From Rotaria socialis (taxonomy: Eukaryota), in the NCBI GenBank assembly GCA_905331295.1, contig CAJNYD010000125.1, positions 1 to 64,000 on the forward strand: DNA of 64,000 bases. The letters run 5' to 3'. The notes beneath the pieces are model-generated. The model was not told where the DNA came from and searched no databases. It saw only the letters and a list, made by a program, of their open reading frames with translations. Numbering within the stretch: position 1 is the stretch's first letter; each line of letters begins with the position of its first letter. The position numbers were made by a program, and so were the translations under genes. Positions 25,918-39,262 of this stretch are shown piece after piece.

Positions 25918-27410
25918 ATGAATCTCATTGTTTTCTTTTTCTTTTTGATAATTTAACATCTTTTTAGTTCTGTTGATGTATCGTTTGTTGATTTTTTATA
26001 TTCAGAGCTGCAAAACATGTTCTCTAATGATGGAAGCTGTATCTTTTTTTTTTATTGTGGTATTCGTTAATAGTTTATTAACAATACCTATCATTCATTT
26101 CTTTTATATAACATTATTACTGTATTTAAACGGGTTTGCTTTTTTCTTTTCTTTTTTTTTGTAGCTGGATATTCTTTTGTTGGTTGTTGACTATGAAAAT
26201 TGTTGGAGAATGCATTGCTATCAATAAAGTGAAACATTTATGTGGAGAATGTATATCGCAAAGATCTTTTTTTCCGAATGCGGCGTTAGTTTTATATGAT
26301 ATTTTATTAATATTAAGACTCGACTTATATGAACGATAATGGAAAAAAATTAAACTGGTTCTTATTGATATTATGCTAATAACGAATAGGATATACAGAC
26401 CCCTGATTGTTTAGTACATATTTTTATTTGTCAATCTATATCAGGAGAGACTTCTTTTTGACTATATGAATTAAACGACGCGTTGCTGCATGTCAAAAAA
26501 AAATATATTTATTAAATTCATTTATGATAATTGAAAGATTTCATTTTGTAACAATGCCCATGAATATTGATATTACAGCAAATATTTGTTAATGTATATC
26601 ATCTTGAAAAAGGATAATTATAAATCTCATAAAACGATTGAAATTTATGCGTGTATGGTAGTAATTCATGGAATGATTTTTCATACTATCGGTTCTGGTG
26701 TCAAATCTTTTTCTTTTTTGAATAAATTGATATTATTCAAAACATGAAAAGTTATATAAACTAATCAAATACAAGTAACAAATTTTTATGTCGATTGTGC
26801 GGTTCAAATATCTTAATCTTATTTCAAAATTTTTAGGTCTGATTTCTTTGATTAAATAATTAACTATCAAAAATATCCATATGATCATTCAAAGCAGTTT
26901 ACTTTAAAATTATATTCAAGGCTAGTCTAATCTCGTATGCAAGTAGATTTTCATAGCAATCAAGTTAAGAATAAATATTTTTGATTGAATCGCATAACAA
27001 GTATTATATTTTTTATATGAGATTGATGCAGTAATCATGAAACAAACCTTAAAAAGGTAGTTTTTTTTGTATTCTTTTCTCTTGGTACTTCGCATTCATT
27101 TCTGTGCATAGTAGGGGAAAGACATACACGTATACGTTAATGGTTTTATATATATATACATAAAGAAAACGAGAAAAAAAGAATTAACTCTTTTTCGTAC
27201 CAATCCTTTGGTTGTTGGTTCGATTATTTATTTGACCAATATATCATCTGTTCTCTTACAAACTCATAAAAAATAATGTGTAACTCTATCGAAAGCAAAT
27301 ACATGCATATGAAGAAAAAAACGATGAAAGGATCACGTACTAGAACAGAATTGCTATAGAACAATATTTATCATCATACCAGTATAGAATATAATCGATA
27401 AGATGCAAAA

Positions 27411-29283
27411 ATGAACGCATTAATAGATAAGAATATTTCACAATCTAAAACTTCCAGTCAACATCGAATTCGTATTGATAATCAACCAGATGATAATAGT
27501 GCATACAATGATTCTCTTGTAGAAAGATTTAAGCAATGGTTATATGGAAAAAAACGATGGAATCATAAGTCTATGTCAGAAGTATGTAAACATTTGTAAA
27601 TATCATTTTTTTTTATCGTAGAATTTCTAGTCTCCAGAAAAAAAAGTAGTGTCACATGTCGACATGGTGCCTTGCATTGAGTATAAATACATAATTTTCT
27701 AACAGCCTATTAACCATACGTACGTATGTATGGCATGACGTCTATCGTAAACAATGTGTACTTGTTATTTCTATGAAGTAAAAAGGGATAAAATAAAAAC
27801 AATATTTGCATTTTCTTAAGGCTCAAATGGTCATGGGAAACAATACTATTGATCATAATAACGAAATCGTGTGTATAAATGATATCCCATTTGTCATTCC
27901 AAGACGACTAGAAGAGATCCGACAAGAAACAACAGAAGATTTTGAACGAGCAAAACTTATAATACGTCGTATGGATGAATATCTTGTTTCACCTGAAGAA
28001 CAAGATGAAGCTAAACGACAACGTCATTTAGATACATCTCTTGGTTTATGTGCTTTAGCTTCAGCAGCTAATTCAATACAGAAAATATCGTTTCGTGAAG
28101 TACTAAGTGTTGACGAATCACTACCAGATACATCAAGACGTTTATCAATAAAAGACGGATCTGTGAAAGATATTTTTCGTAGAGTAGAAAAAAATGATCC
28201 AATAACAGATTTTCAAGAAGCACATGATCTAATTGAGTTTGAAGAGGCACTTACTGAACATAGCAAAAATTTACTGAGAAAAGATCCATTTAAATTATCA
28301 GATATGCTTTATTTAAAGTTTTGCTTAATGCTTGAATTACAACGTGATGAAAATGAAAGTTGCTTACGTATATTGTTACATGATATTATATTTAAATTTC
28401 ATTTAAAAGGTTTTCGTCTACGTTGTCAGATTCATGTAAAAAAACCGATTGAACATGAATTAACTATTGAAAAAGTTGTGAATGAATCACATTTAACTAC
28501 AAATTATGCAGCACAATTTATCATTTGGTCAGGCGATTGGATTGTTCAACAAGACGTTGACTTATATATTGTTATGAAGGTTGAATCCTTATCGATAAAT
28601 AAATATATAGGTCCGAAATTTTGGGATATGGCACATTTACATGTCAAAAATGTTCCACATGGAGCTTCGAGAATTTTTTTACGTGAACTTACACCTGTCA
28701 CTCGACCATCAAAAATTGTAAGTTTAGCTTGTCACTAAAAATAGTTTTAAAGAAAATTTCCCTTTTCGTTCAGCTTTCACGTGGTATTAATGTTGGTCAA
28801 GTAGAAATTGAAGCCGGATATTGGCCTGATAAATGTGAATTATCGATTCATATTGTTAAAGTTAGCCACTCACAAGCAGAACGCTTATTGAGAGCACCTG
28901 GTATTAATGTCTTTTTTTTATTTTTTGTAATTTTAAAAATTTAGTTGTCTTGTTTAGAAACATTTGTTGAAGTAGTTTTTCAAGGTCCATTTGATATATT
29001 TGAAATCAAACAAACAAAAGTAGCTGATCGTTCATTAAACCCAAAATTTGACGAAGAATTTTTCTTTCAAATTCCAGACAAAACAGCAGTCAGTGATATA
29101 ACGGTTGATTTGATATTTCTTGAAAAATCATCCATATCTTCTCATCCTGGCGTACTTGGAGTATTAACAATATCAAAACATACAGATTGGTATCCTATGA
29201 GAAAATTTTGGGCTGATGTGGAGGAAAATCCAAATATGAAATTGAAAAGTAGTTTTCTATTTGAAGGCAATGTCGATGAGTAA
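27411..29283 (+). CDS. C2-domain-containing (synaptotagmin-like) protein; 5' exon structure uncertain
   Basis: C-terminal C2 signature GQVEIEAGY..ELSIHIVKV, TFVEVVF, KQTKVADRSLNPKFDEEFFFQIP..ITVDLIF..GVLGVLTI, preceded by a second degenerate C2-like region. Consistent GT-AG introns. Confidence 0.75.
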
Positions 29284-29843
29284 GAATCATTATAGATGCT
29301 TTTCTATTTGTATTGTTATTTCTTTTTTTCTTTTAAACAAATAGAGCTTTTATTTTGTTTTTGTTTCTTATAGAATTTATTTAGCTCTATTTCAATCTTA
29401 AAATAATTAACAAATAATTTTGTTGAAGACATAAATCTCAGGTTGAATAGTTTGGTTTTATTTTCTGTATAATTAAATGTTGAATAGATGAAATTAATAT
29501 TTTATCAAAAGAATTACAATAAAAACGAATATAATCGCTTTCAAGGATTAAAATGCATACTTCAATATGAATATTATTGAATGCTATTCAATCTCGATTA
29601 GTAATACGACTTTTCATTTAATATGCATAAAAGAGTTTTGTAAAATATCTAGCGTTATTTCTGACTTGAGTCGTGATCGTTCGATGACGTCAGGCTTTCG
29701 TTTTTTCTCGTTTAATACATATTAAAAAAATCATGCATAAAATAAGTGTTTACGATCAGGAAAAATAAATAAAATGAGTCATAATTAAAAAAAAACGATT
29801 TAATTTCATAATGTTAATTGAATTAAATTAGAATCGTGTTCTT

Positions 29844-30230
29844 CTATGGAAATTCTTGGTGTAAATCCGAATACATTTGTCTATATAAATCATCTTCAGA
29901 ATTGAATACACCTTTAACCTTATGTTCATTTAATAGTAATGATCGATATTTCGCTGTATTACCACAAAAGATATAAACACTATGTAAAGAAGTCCGATCA
30001 GATACAGCTGTAACAACAGTTTTCGCAAGATGACCGGACATAATAGTAACAAGTGTAATATTAGGATTTTCATCGATAAATTGGATGAACTTATCGCCTG
30101 AATCAAAGTAATGCCATTTTTCAATGCGTTCTGAAACACCGCTGAATTGTTGCTTCAATTCAGGATATGCGCCGGTTACACCAATATTTGAATCAAGCCA
30201 ACAAGCCACAAGACGAGAAGCTGCCGACAT
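29844..30230 (-). CDS. Intronless 128-aa stand-alone receiver-like (CheY-like fold inferred) domain protein
   Basis: Complete ORF with motifs VACWLDSNI, YFDSGDKFIQFI, TIMSGHLA, LHSVYIFCGN and KVKGVFN, like the N-terminal domain I recall from bdelloid ADP-ribosyltransferase/TPR proteins. Confidence 0.8.
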   Translation of the reverse strand: MSAASRLVACWLDSNIGVTGAYPELKQQFSGVSERIEKWHYFDSGDKFIQFIDENPNITLVTIMSGHLAKTVVTAVSDRTSLHSVYIFCGNTAKYRSLLLNEHKVKGVFNSEDDLYRQMYSDLHQEFP

Positions 30231-30286
30231 GGTGTACTGAATTTGATTGGTAACGAAAACGTTAATATGGCGTAAGATACTCGTTC

Positions 30287-30313
30287 ATTCTATATGTGAG
30301 TCACATATAGAAT
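30287..30313. promoter_or_regulatory. Perfect 27-bp palindrome centred on an AP-1 site (TGAGTCA)
   Basis: ATTCTATATGTGA-G-TCACATATAGAAT, 57-83 bp upstream of the minus-strand ATG at 30230. Followed by TCACATAATGTGA and TGACTAA. Confidence 0.6.
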
Positions 30314-31152
30314 CACATAATGTGACTAAAAAAGGAAGAGAGAAATACCGTTGGCAATGTGAGTTTTATTTTTTCACTGAATTTATCGAAATAGTTTTCT
30401 AAATTATTTGATTTAATTTTTCTTTTGCTGTACAATATATAATGCTTTACATCTATCAATTGTTATACAAGTAGAATCTTTTTAAGAATACATGTCATCT
30501 TGATTGGTTAGATAAAGAAAATATTATATTTTCGAATATTTTTTTTCAATTTGTTAATTCTAGACCAGTTAAAATTGAAAACAAATTCATAACAATAACG
30601 ATAACGATATATTTTTTTAATTATTATATAAAATCTATATAGCCATCCTAAAAATGATCAAGATTTCTAGACAGGTTATCATTATCAATCTCATCATTAA
30701 TCATATTCTTTAAAAATTTTAGAAATGGAAACATGAATATACATATATAAGTTTATATAGAAGTGTGATTGACCAGTACGAACACTGATGACATCTATGC
30801 AATACAATATGAATTAATTCTTTCCAGTCTAATTTTAAAGTTACTATTGATATTCAAGTATATTATAAACAAATCTACACGTTTTATTAATTCTAATCTT
30901 GAAGCTGCATACATCGATTAACTCAGCCTTTGTTCCCAACCAAACAAAATAGCCAATATGTAAACGACAATTGAATCTTACATGCCATATTGCTAGAATA
31001 ATCTTTGTCCATTTGAACAGTTTGTTTCTACTTTCGAACTCTTGATTTTTATTTCTTGATTATAAATTTTTTTATAAGTCGTTGAATGTTCTAGTATTGA
31101 ATAAATTTTGCCTCCTGTATAATTGCTTTTATTGAATTAGTTGTTCCAAACA

Positions 31153-34100
31153 ATGGATACAACAGATGTAGGAATGACATCAACGATAAATGATACAACA
31201 ACAACCGCAGCAGCAACTGCAGTTAAACGCCGTGAACCTCCTCCATTGAATGTCTATGTGCGTATTCGTCCGTTTATTGGTGACGAACTTGAACATAGTG
31301 AAAATCAAAAGTTACTTGATATTATGGACGAGCAACATATATCTGTGAAAGTATGTCCAACAACTAACAATAATATTCGGAATATACAAGCATCATACAA
31401 TGAATATGAGGTAATTTCTTTTACTAGAAGTTTCCTAGGCCATGATAACTAACGTATGTAGAGAGTGATTCAGAAATTTCCTTCTCATTGTCTATCTTCG
31501 ATTCGCGGATGTAGTATGCATCTGATAAAACAAAAACTTCATTCCCTATTGAAATTTCTTTTTGTATTTGAAATCAACGATTCATACAGTAGAGAAAACA
31601 ATTAGAAATCATCAAATTTTGAAGAAGAAGTCTACAGAAAAGATAGGTATTCATAGTTTCTATCATCTTAACTTATTAACAAGACAAAATTGTGTGTTTC
31701 TATTTTCAGGTATCGCGAATATTTGATCATCGTTGTACGCAACAAGAATTATTTGAACAAATTCTCGAACAACCAACGAATGAAATTTTTACTGGTTCAA
31801 ATTGGCTTCTCTGTACACTTGGTCTTACAAATAGTGGTATGTATTTTTCTTATTGTTGCTGAAATCTATTGAATTGAGTAATCACATTCTAGGTAAAACT
31901 CATACAATGTTTGGTACACCACAAGAGCCGGGTTTAATTCCAAAATGTCTTCAAAGAATATTTTTAAATGTTGGCAAAAATATTGATGATAAAGTTCTTT
32001 TTAAACCAGATGGTTTGGAAAATTTAATGCCAACAAGTAATGGTAATCTTGATATAGAAATCAATGCAAGAAATTATATTTTTAAAGATGACAAAAATAA
32101 TAATGTAAGTGAACATTTTAGAATGCTTGATTGATTGATGTTATTTTTCTTTCAATTTTCTTAGCGTCGGATACGTTTACCGAATATTGCACAAGAACAA
32201 AATAGCTTCGAAGATCTATCAATTGAGGGTAAGTAAAAACGAAAACTAAAAACGAAATAAAATTTTTATGTAAATAGATGAATATTATTCTGTATGGATA
32301 TCATTTTTTGAATTATACAATGAAAATATTCTCGATTTACTTGTTCAACCAAAAGATATGAAAACACGTAAAAATCTTCGTCTAATGCAGAATGATCATT
32401 CAACAATTATTAAAAATCTTATACAAATTCCTGTATTTGATATTAAAGAAGCTGAAGATATTATTAAATTTGGTTATGCGAATCGTGCGACATCAAAAAC
32501 AAATCTCAATGAAGCATCATCAAGATCACATGCTGTTTTATGTATTACACTTATTACTATCAATGAATTTCATGAAGACCCAATAATGAGTCATATGTGT
32601 AAGAAATTTTCATTCACCATTATTTGCTTGAGTTCAGAAAATATTTTTTTGGAGTAAACCCATAACGAACCTGAGGTTTAAAATCGAGTTTTTTAATGGT
32701 GTTCTCTGGTTGTGACACTCTAAACCGTTTGTTGCTCATAGCCTATGAGGATAACAAGTATTGCTTAACAACGGAAACAAATATTCAATGATATGTAGAA
32801 GAATGATTTGATTATCCTATTTGGAATGTGCCAAAGTCTTCATCAGTGTAATTAAAAGACTTCTATGCATGTATAACTAACTATTTTAATTTGTTTACAT
32901 TTTGACTAAATAAAAGCTTATACTCGAGATGTTAAGTAAAATTTTGTATAGATTTGATACAATCATCATTTGATAAACTTAGTTTTTTTTATCATTTCGA
33001 TTTTATATTTTTAAATTAGATGTTTGTGATTTGGCTGGTAATGAACCATCAACGGGTACTGGAAAACAGCTTGCTGAAACTTGCAACATAAATACGTCAT
33101 TAATGACATTCAAAGATTGTATTAGAACACTAAACGAAAATCAAACAACTAAGTATAAAAAATAGAAATGTTGAATTACTTTTATTATTTTATTTTTTAA
33201 AGAAAACAAATGCTTGTTCCCTATCGGAATAGTATATTGACAAGTATATTTCGTCCATTCTTTGTTGGTCGTGGTCGAACAATAATATGTTGTAATGTGA
33301 ATCCATGTGCAACATTTGTTACACAAACAAATGACTTATTGAAGTTTTGTGCATTAGCACAGAAAGTTTGTTGATCAGAATTTAATGCTAATAATTTCTT
33401 ATCGTTTCTGTTTGTTTGCAGACAATCATTGTACCAAACGAACCAAAATCAGGTGCTGGTGGTTTAATAAGACAACAACGAAAATCGAAACAGAAAGGTC
33501 CAAAACGTCTGGCTAAAGATGGACCTCTAAAAGCGAAAAATAAAAAAGGCATAATTGCTATTGATGATGATATTGAAGGTTAGTATTCCATTGGAATTAT
33601 TTTGTTTTTGTTCAAGATCAGAATATAGTAGTAAGATAATGTACTATCGCTCGCTCAAATAACTAGATTTTCTATGAATAATTTATTTTTAACTAGAACT
33701 TGGTACTCAATCAGTTGATGGTTCATCATCATTTACTGTCCCATCAAATATCAAATCGGTAGTAGTTTTCAATTGTGTATCTCAAAATAATATTGAACTA
33801 TTGATTTTAGATGAGCTATTGGAAATTTTGTACAAAAAAAGCACTGGATTTATTACAAAAACAAGCATCAAATCGACGCTTTTTAATGATTCAAATACAG
33901 TGAGTACAAATCAATATTTCTATTCATTTTTTGAGGCACTTACATCATATTTTCCAGTGGAATTTTCTAGAAAAACTTACTACTAAATCGAGACTCGCAC
34001 GACTACGGTACACTTGTTAAAAATTCTGTTCTTTTCCACATATTAAATCGTATGTTGACAGGTTCTTTATCTATCAGAAATATCTATCCCAAACCTATTT

Positions 34101-36392
34101 GTTAGTTAAATAATTCATGATAAAAATTAAAAAACAAATCGGCAAGGTAAAAGATAGTATCAGTGAGATGAAAGAAATATTTCTGTTTGATATACTATAA
34201 AAATAATTGGGACAAAGTGTTTTCATCATAGTTGATTAAATTTGGAAAATGAAACTGGTCTTCCATAGATCATTTTACTGTAAATCTCATGATCTCATGT
34301 TTCTATTTAATTTTTAGTCAAGAACGTGTTCAAACTGTAGAATATCTTCTTCATCAACGTGATGTAATCGATGCATTTACTGATGAAAAGCAAACAGTAA
34401 ATAATATTTAGCGATTTTCTTAAATATCTTGAATATTTTAGTTATCTGAAAAATGCGAAACATTAATAACAAACCTTCGTCAAGAAGAAGATAATCATCT
34501 TCGTACACAACAGTTATACAATGATTTGATTATCAGTGAAAAACAATATCGGCAAAAACTGCTTAAATTAGAAAAAGAATTTAAAGAAAAGAATCTTCAT
34601 TCACGTAATGAAACTGATTCATTGAAAACACAATTAAAAAATCTTCAACAGCAATTTAATGAATTAACCAGTGAACATTTGAAAACTATGGAAAAAATTG
34701 ATCAAAATCAAAATCAAACAAGCGAACATGAACAATCTTTACAAGAGGAAATTCAACGTCTAAGACGTGATCTTGGTCTTGAACTTTATCGTAAACAAGA
34801 TGCTGAGAAAAAAGCTCGAAGTTTTGAAGATAAATTACGTCATGAGCAAACAGAATTACAAAAAATTCAGTATGATTACACTAAAACTAGACATGATTTT
34901 AAAACTTTACAAGTGAAATATGACGCTCTTCAATTAGAATTAATTGAAATGCATAAAACTATCAAAACTAGTTCACAAGCAATGCTCAATAAATGTAATA
35001 ATAATATGTCAGCAACAATAACTAATACAGAACAATCATTTATTCCAATACAACAGGCTGTTACTCGAACGAAACGGCGCACAAATGATGAAAGTCAAAG
35101 CGAACAAGAAATTAAAAAACCAAAACGTGTTACACGTAGTCGATCAGGCGCTAGTTCAAATAATACTTCAATAAATATTGTTCAACAAGACGAACAAAAT
35201 AATGAAAACCCAACAAAACGAGTGACACGTAATGGATCAACGCCTTATTCTTCTAATACCATTCCAATGCCAATCAAACAAACCAAAACGAAATCATCGA
35301 ATGTAAACATGTTTTTCTATCTTGCAAAAACCTTTTTTCCGTGATACACATCCAAAAAAAAATACGTTTAACTATAGGTATAAAATGTTAGACTCCTGTC
35401 AGTGACCTCAACAGAAACTACCATGACAAAATCGAATGTTTCTTTTTACAGATTTTCCAATCTACAAGAGAAATAACTATTTCTAGAAATACAAGAGATG
35501 TTGTTGACCAATGATCAAGTATTCTATAGTTCGAATAAAATGAGATCTTTACAATGAGTAGAAGGCGTTAAATCGTATTTTACGTGTAAAATTCTGAAAA
35601 ACTGTACTAACATGTTTTCTTTTATTTAGATTGGCATTACTGATTTTTCAACTGATGTAAAAACTAAAGCTAGAACAGCTATTATACGTGGTCGAGCTAA
35701 AAAACAGACAAATCAATTAACGTCAATACCTATTCAACAACAATCACCATCACATACATACGCTACTATTGAACGAGACATATCACTTGATAGAGCATCT
35801 CTTGCTACTGTCGATGCTAATTCAACAACTGCACATGCTGTTTCATCGATCGATACAACACATGCTACACCTAAACAATCAACATTTAAACGGATTCAAT
35901 CACTATTTCGGCCAAGTCCAAGTATAATTTAGTTTTTAACAGTTCGAGAAAAAAATGTATTTTTTAATTTTTCGTTTTTTCTTCGTATCGATATTTTAGC
36001 ATTAACAAGTTCAGCACGAATTAATCGAGTTTTACAAACTAAATCAACTGTAATAGCATTTGGTTCATCAACACCAACACAACGTCAACATCCGACATTA
36101 ATCAAAACATTAACACCAGCACCGACAAGTTCAACAGCGCCGCATCCGACATTAATTAGAGCAATAACGCCAGCAACAACAGCTCATACTCCATCAATTG
36201 TTAAAAAGATTCCATCGCCAAAAGGGAAGTATAATCTTCGTACACGTCTTTTTGCTAATCCGACATATGCTGAAAAAGAAGAAGATGAGGTGAGTAAAAT
36301 TGAAAATACGATAAATTATTTATATTAACTTGAATTTCTTTTTTTTTTAGAAAAAATCTCGAATAAAAAAACCGTCACGAACACGCAAGTAA
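31153..36392 (+). CDS. Kinesin-6 family motor (KIF20A/B-like), multi-exon, coiled-coil stalk and basic tail
   Basis: VYVRIRP, P-loop GLTNSGKTHT, long loop-6 insert, SVWISFFELYNENILDLL, switch I NEASSRSH, CDLAGNE, VPYRNSILT..FFVGRGRTIICCNVNPC. Confidence 0.9.
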
Positions 36393-37400
36393 ATATTGCA
36401 TTGAATATCTACTTCGATCATTGGTTTGCGTGCATTGTCTCCATTATCTTAAATATTTCTTTTTATCTTGCTTGATTAATAATTGTATTTGTTATTATAC
36501 TATGTTGTACATGTATATGTACAAGTAGATATGCTATCTAAAATTCTTAGCATGTACAGATATATATATATATATATATATATATCTTATTTTTCTTTGC
36601 TTGTTTATTGATTTGTTTGATAGTCATTCTTTTTCCTTTTTGTCTAGAAATTACGAATAAAAATCTCACATGCTAAAGAAAGAATTAAAGAAAATATGAT
36701 AGAAACTCTTTATGAAAAATTAATAATTAGTCATTTATGTTTTCGTTAACTTAAAAGCTTTGATTTCTGCGTATAAATAATATGAAGAATAAATACAGTA
36801 CTTTATGAAAATTGATTAATATTATACACTAAAACAAAAATTCATTATTGTTAATTTCAATGAATATTAAATTCTGTCTAGTAAAAAGGAAATACGAGAA
36901 ATTTATTTCGATTCACATGTATTGACAATTACTACTAGTACGATTAAAACATTTCTCAACCAAGTAGTCATTGATTTCAAGAATCTATTTCTAATTAACC
37001 GTGGAGATTGATTGGGCTGTAACGATAAATAATATTCGTATTTAGTAAAATGAATTTCTTCAATTCAAATTCACAAACTATTGTATAACGTAAACATGGT
37101 AATAAGCTATTTAGATTTTCCATGAACTATATACGAGATAAATAAAACCTAAATTCAAACAAGTTGTCGAAAGCAAATATCTACGAGTAAAGTGTCTATA
37201 TGAATAATATCTTTCTTCATTGATTTCAACTTCAGTGTGATAAAAAGTCAACACGATCAGTTATTAATTTGTTCAAAGATGGAAATATTATTTATAACAA
37301 TTTATTTTCATTTATATTTAGTTGTGTATGTCTCTGTGTAGCAACACAGTTTGACCTTTTGTGTTTCACGAAAGCTTCAATTATGCAAAAAATAAATTTC

Positions 37401-37829
37401 ATGACATATTCATCTTCTAAAGAAAAACTGAGTCCTACTTCATTGTCTATGGTCCATCAAGATTTGTAAATAGAGTCCGAGTTTTGTTAATGTTCTTTTA
37501 TTTTGAATCTGATACAATTCTTTGTTCGAATCAGATGATAAAAAAAAAGAATTTGATTCGAAAAATATAATTTGTAATATGAAGAACTTGCACACCAAAC
37601 AAAACTAATATCTTGGCCATTTAATTTCAAATTTCAAGCACAAAATTATGAACATGTACAACTTGAAATACCCCAGATATCATTTTGATGGTAATGCAAA
37701 AGTTAGTCTTTTGTTTCCAATTAGTAATGCATCTATGCTGATTCATCTTTTGTTTAGGTATCGTGACCGACGCTGGTAGAAGCGAATGGAGATCAATACA
37801 ATTTGATCGACATCAATATAATAGATGAT
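37401..37829 (+). pseudogene. Small three-exon disrupted gene, possibly C20orf85/CIMIP1-like
   Basis: Exons bounded by GT/AG; SMVHQDL and TDAGRSEWRS recall the C20orf85 motifs VxQDEIW and TTQGFIGWRS. Exon 2 has stops and frameshifts. Confidence 0.35.
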
Positions 37830-39262
37830 TTAGAGGATGCAGTGCAGACTAGATTATTTTGAACCATGCGAGCCTGAAATACATAGAGATGATTTCAAAA
37901 TGAAAGTCTAATAGAAATAATATTCTTAAAAGTGAATGCTTCAACTATATTCATTTACTTTTCATCTATAGGAAAACACGTCTTGAAATACTAAGATTTA
38001 TTTCACATTCGAAAATGTAGTTTTTAAATTTCTTCGTTGAGTTATACTCCTAAATTATTAGCTACATTGAAAAATTCAGAGTCTTTATCCAAAAGACTAT
38101 AATGCCTTGTATGATGATAATCTTATGGTATCATAGAAACTGAGCGGTAAAAATACATTCAACAAAAAATAAAAATATCATTAGGAGGACGTAGTCTTTC
38201 TGTTTAATTCACATTTTTCAAATAGTTCAACAAGAAGTAATCTAAGATAGGAATTCTATATTCATCGACTTACGTCAGTAATTTTAGCCCAGGTGGAAAG
38301 TTTGTGGATGCTGACTTGACAAGAATTGCTGAATTCTTGCCTTACGTTTAAACTTTTGTTGTTTTGCTCTGAAGCATCGTCTGTTTGCACATCAACTTTC
38401 TATTGGTTAGATTACTTGAATTATGTGCCTTGCACATATTTTAGAAGACACTAATGACAGCGACATCGTACGAATTTTTTCGTTTTTAAGAATTATTTTC
38501 AGATGTACTTATCGAACGTCCGATGAATACAGGTAGTATTTCTTTGACGGATTGATTATGATGACAAAAAAAGAAACGAGAGAAATTGATCTTATAGAGT
38601 AGTGATTCTGTACAAAACTGAGAAGCTCAATATTTTTGTGAAAACTTTGAGCATCAAAATGATAGCTATTAAAAAGAAGTGCTTTCTGTTATGAACGTAT
38701 ATTCCAACCTATGAATAAAAAATTGAACGTTTTCATTCATTATGCATTAAAATTTCATTCAATGATTACAATTATTTTATTTTGTGTTATTATCTTCTCC
38801 GAAAAGACTACTCTTGAGATTATGTCGTAATATATCGTTTATATTATTACAATCATTATTTTCTTGTATTAAAAAAGTCGAGAGAGAAAAAAACCGACTA
38901 GGAGCCATAATATCCCTTTGGATTAACTAATAAATTGTCATCTCAATTCAACTTGCATAAATTTCTCTAAAGTGTTATGAAAATCGAATGATCATTTATT
39001 GAGCATACCTATTTAGTCATACATCTGTTCAATATCGTTGGATCTTCACTCCTTTTAGACATGAACATAGAAAAGATCACTTACACATCTCTCACCGACT
39101 TATTAGTTGTAGTCGACTTCTTTATTTTAAACAAAACAAAAAAAAGGAAAGATGAAAACGGTCATTACTACTATTATCATTATTGAACTGTGAAAAGAAC
39201 AAGAGTTCATTTCGTATGCATTAATAAAGTTATTAGTCTATGCTCATGGACAACATCTATCA

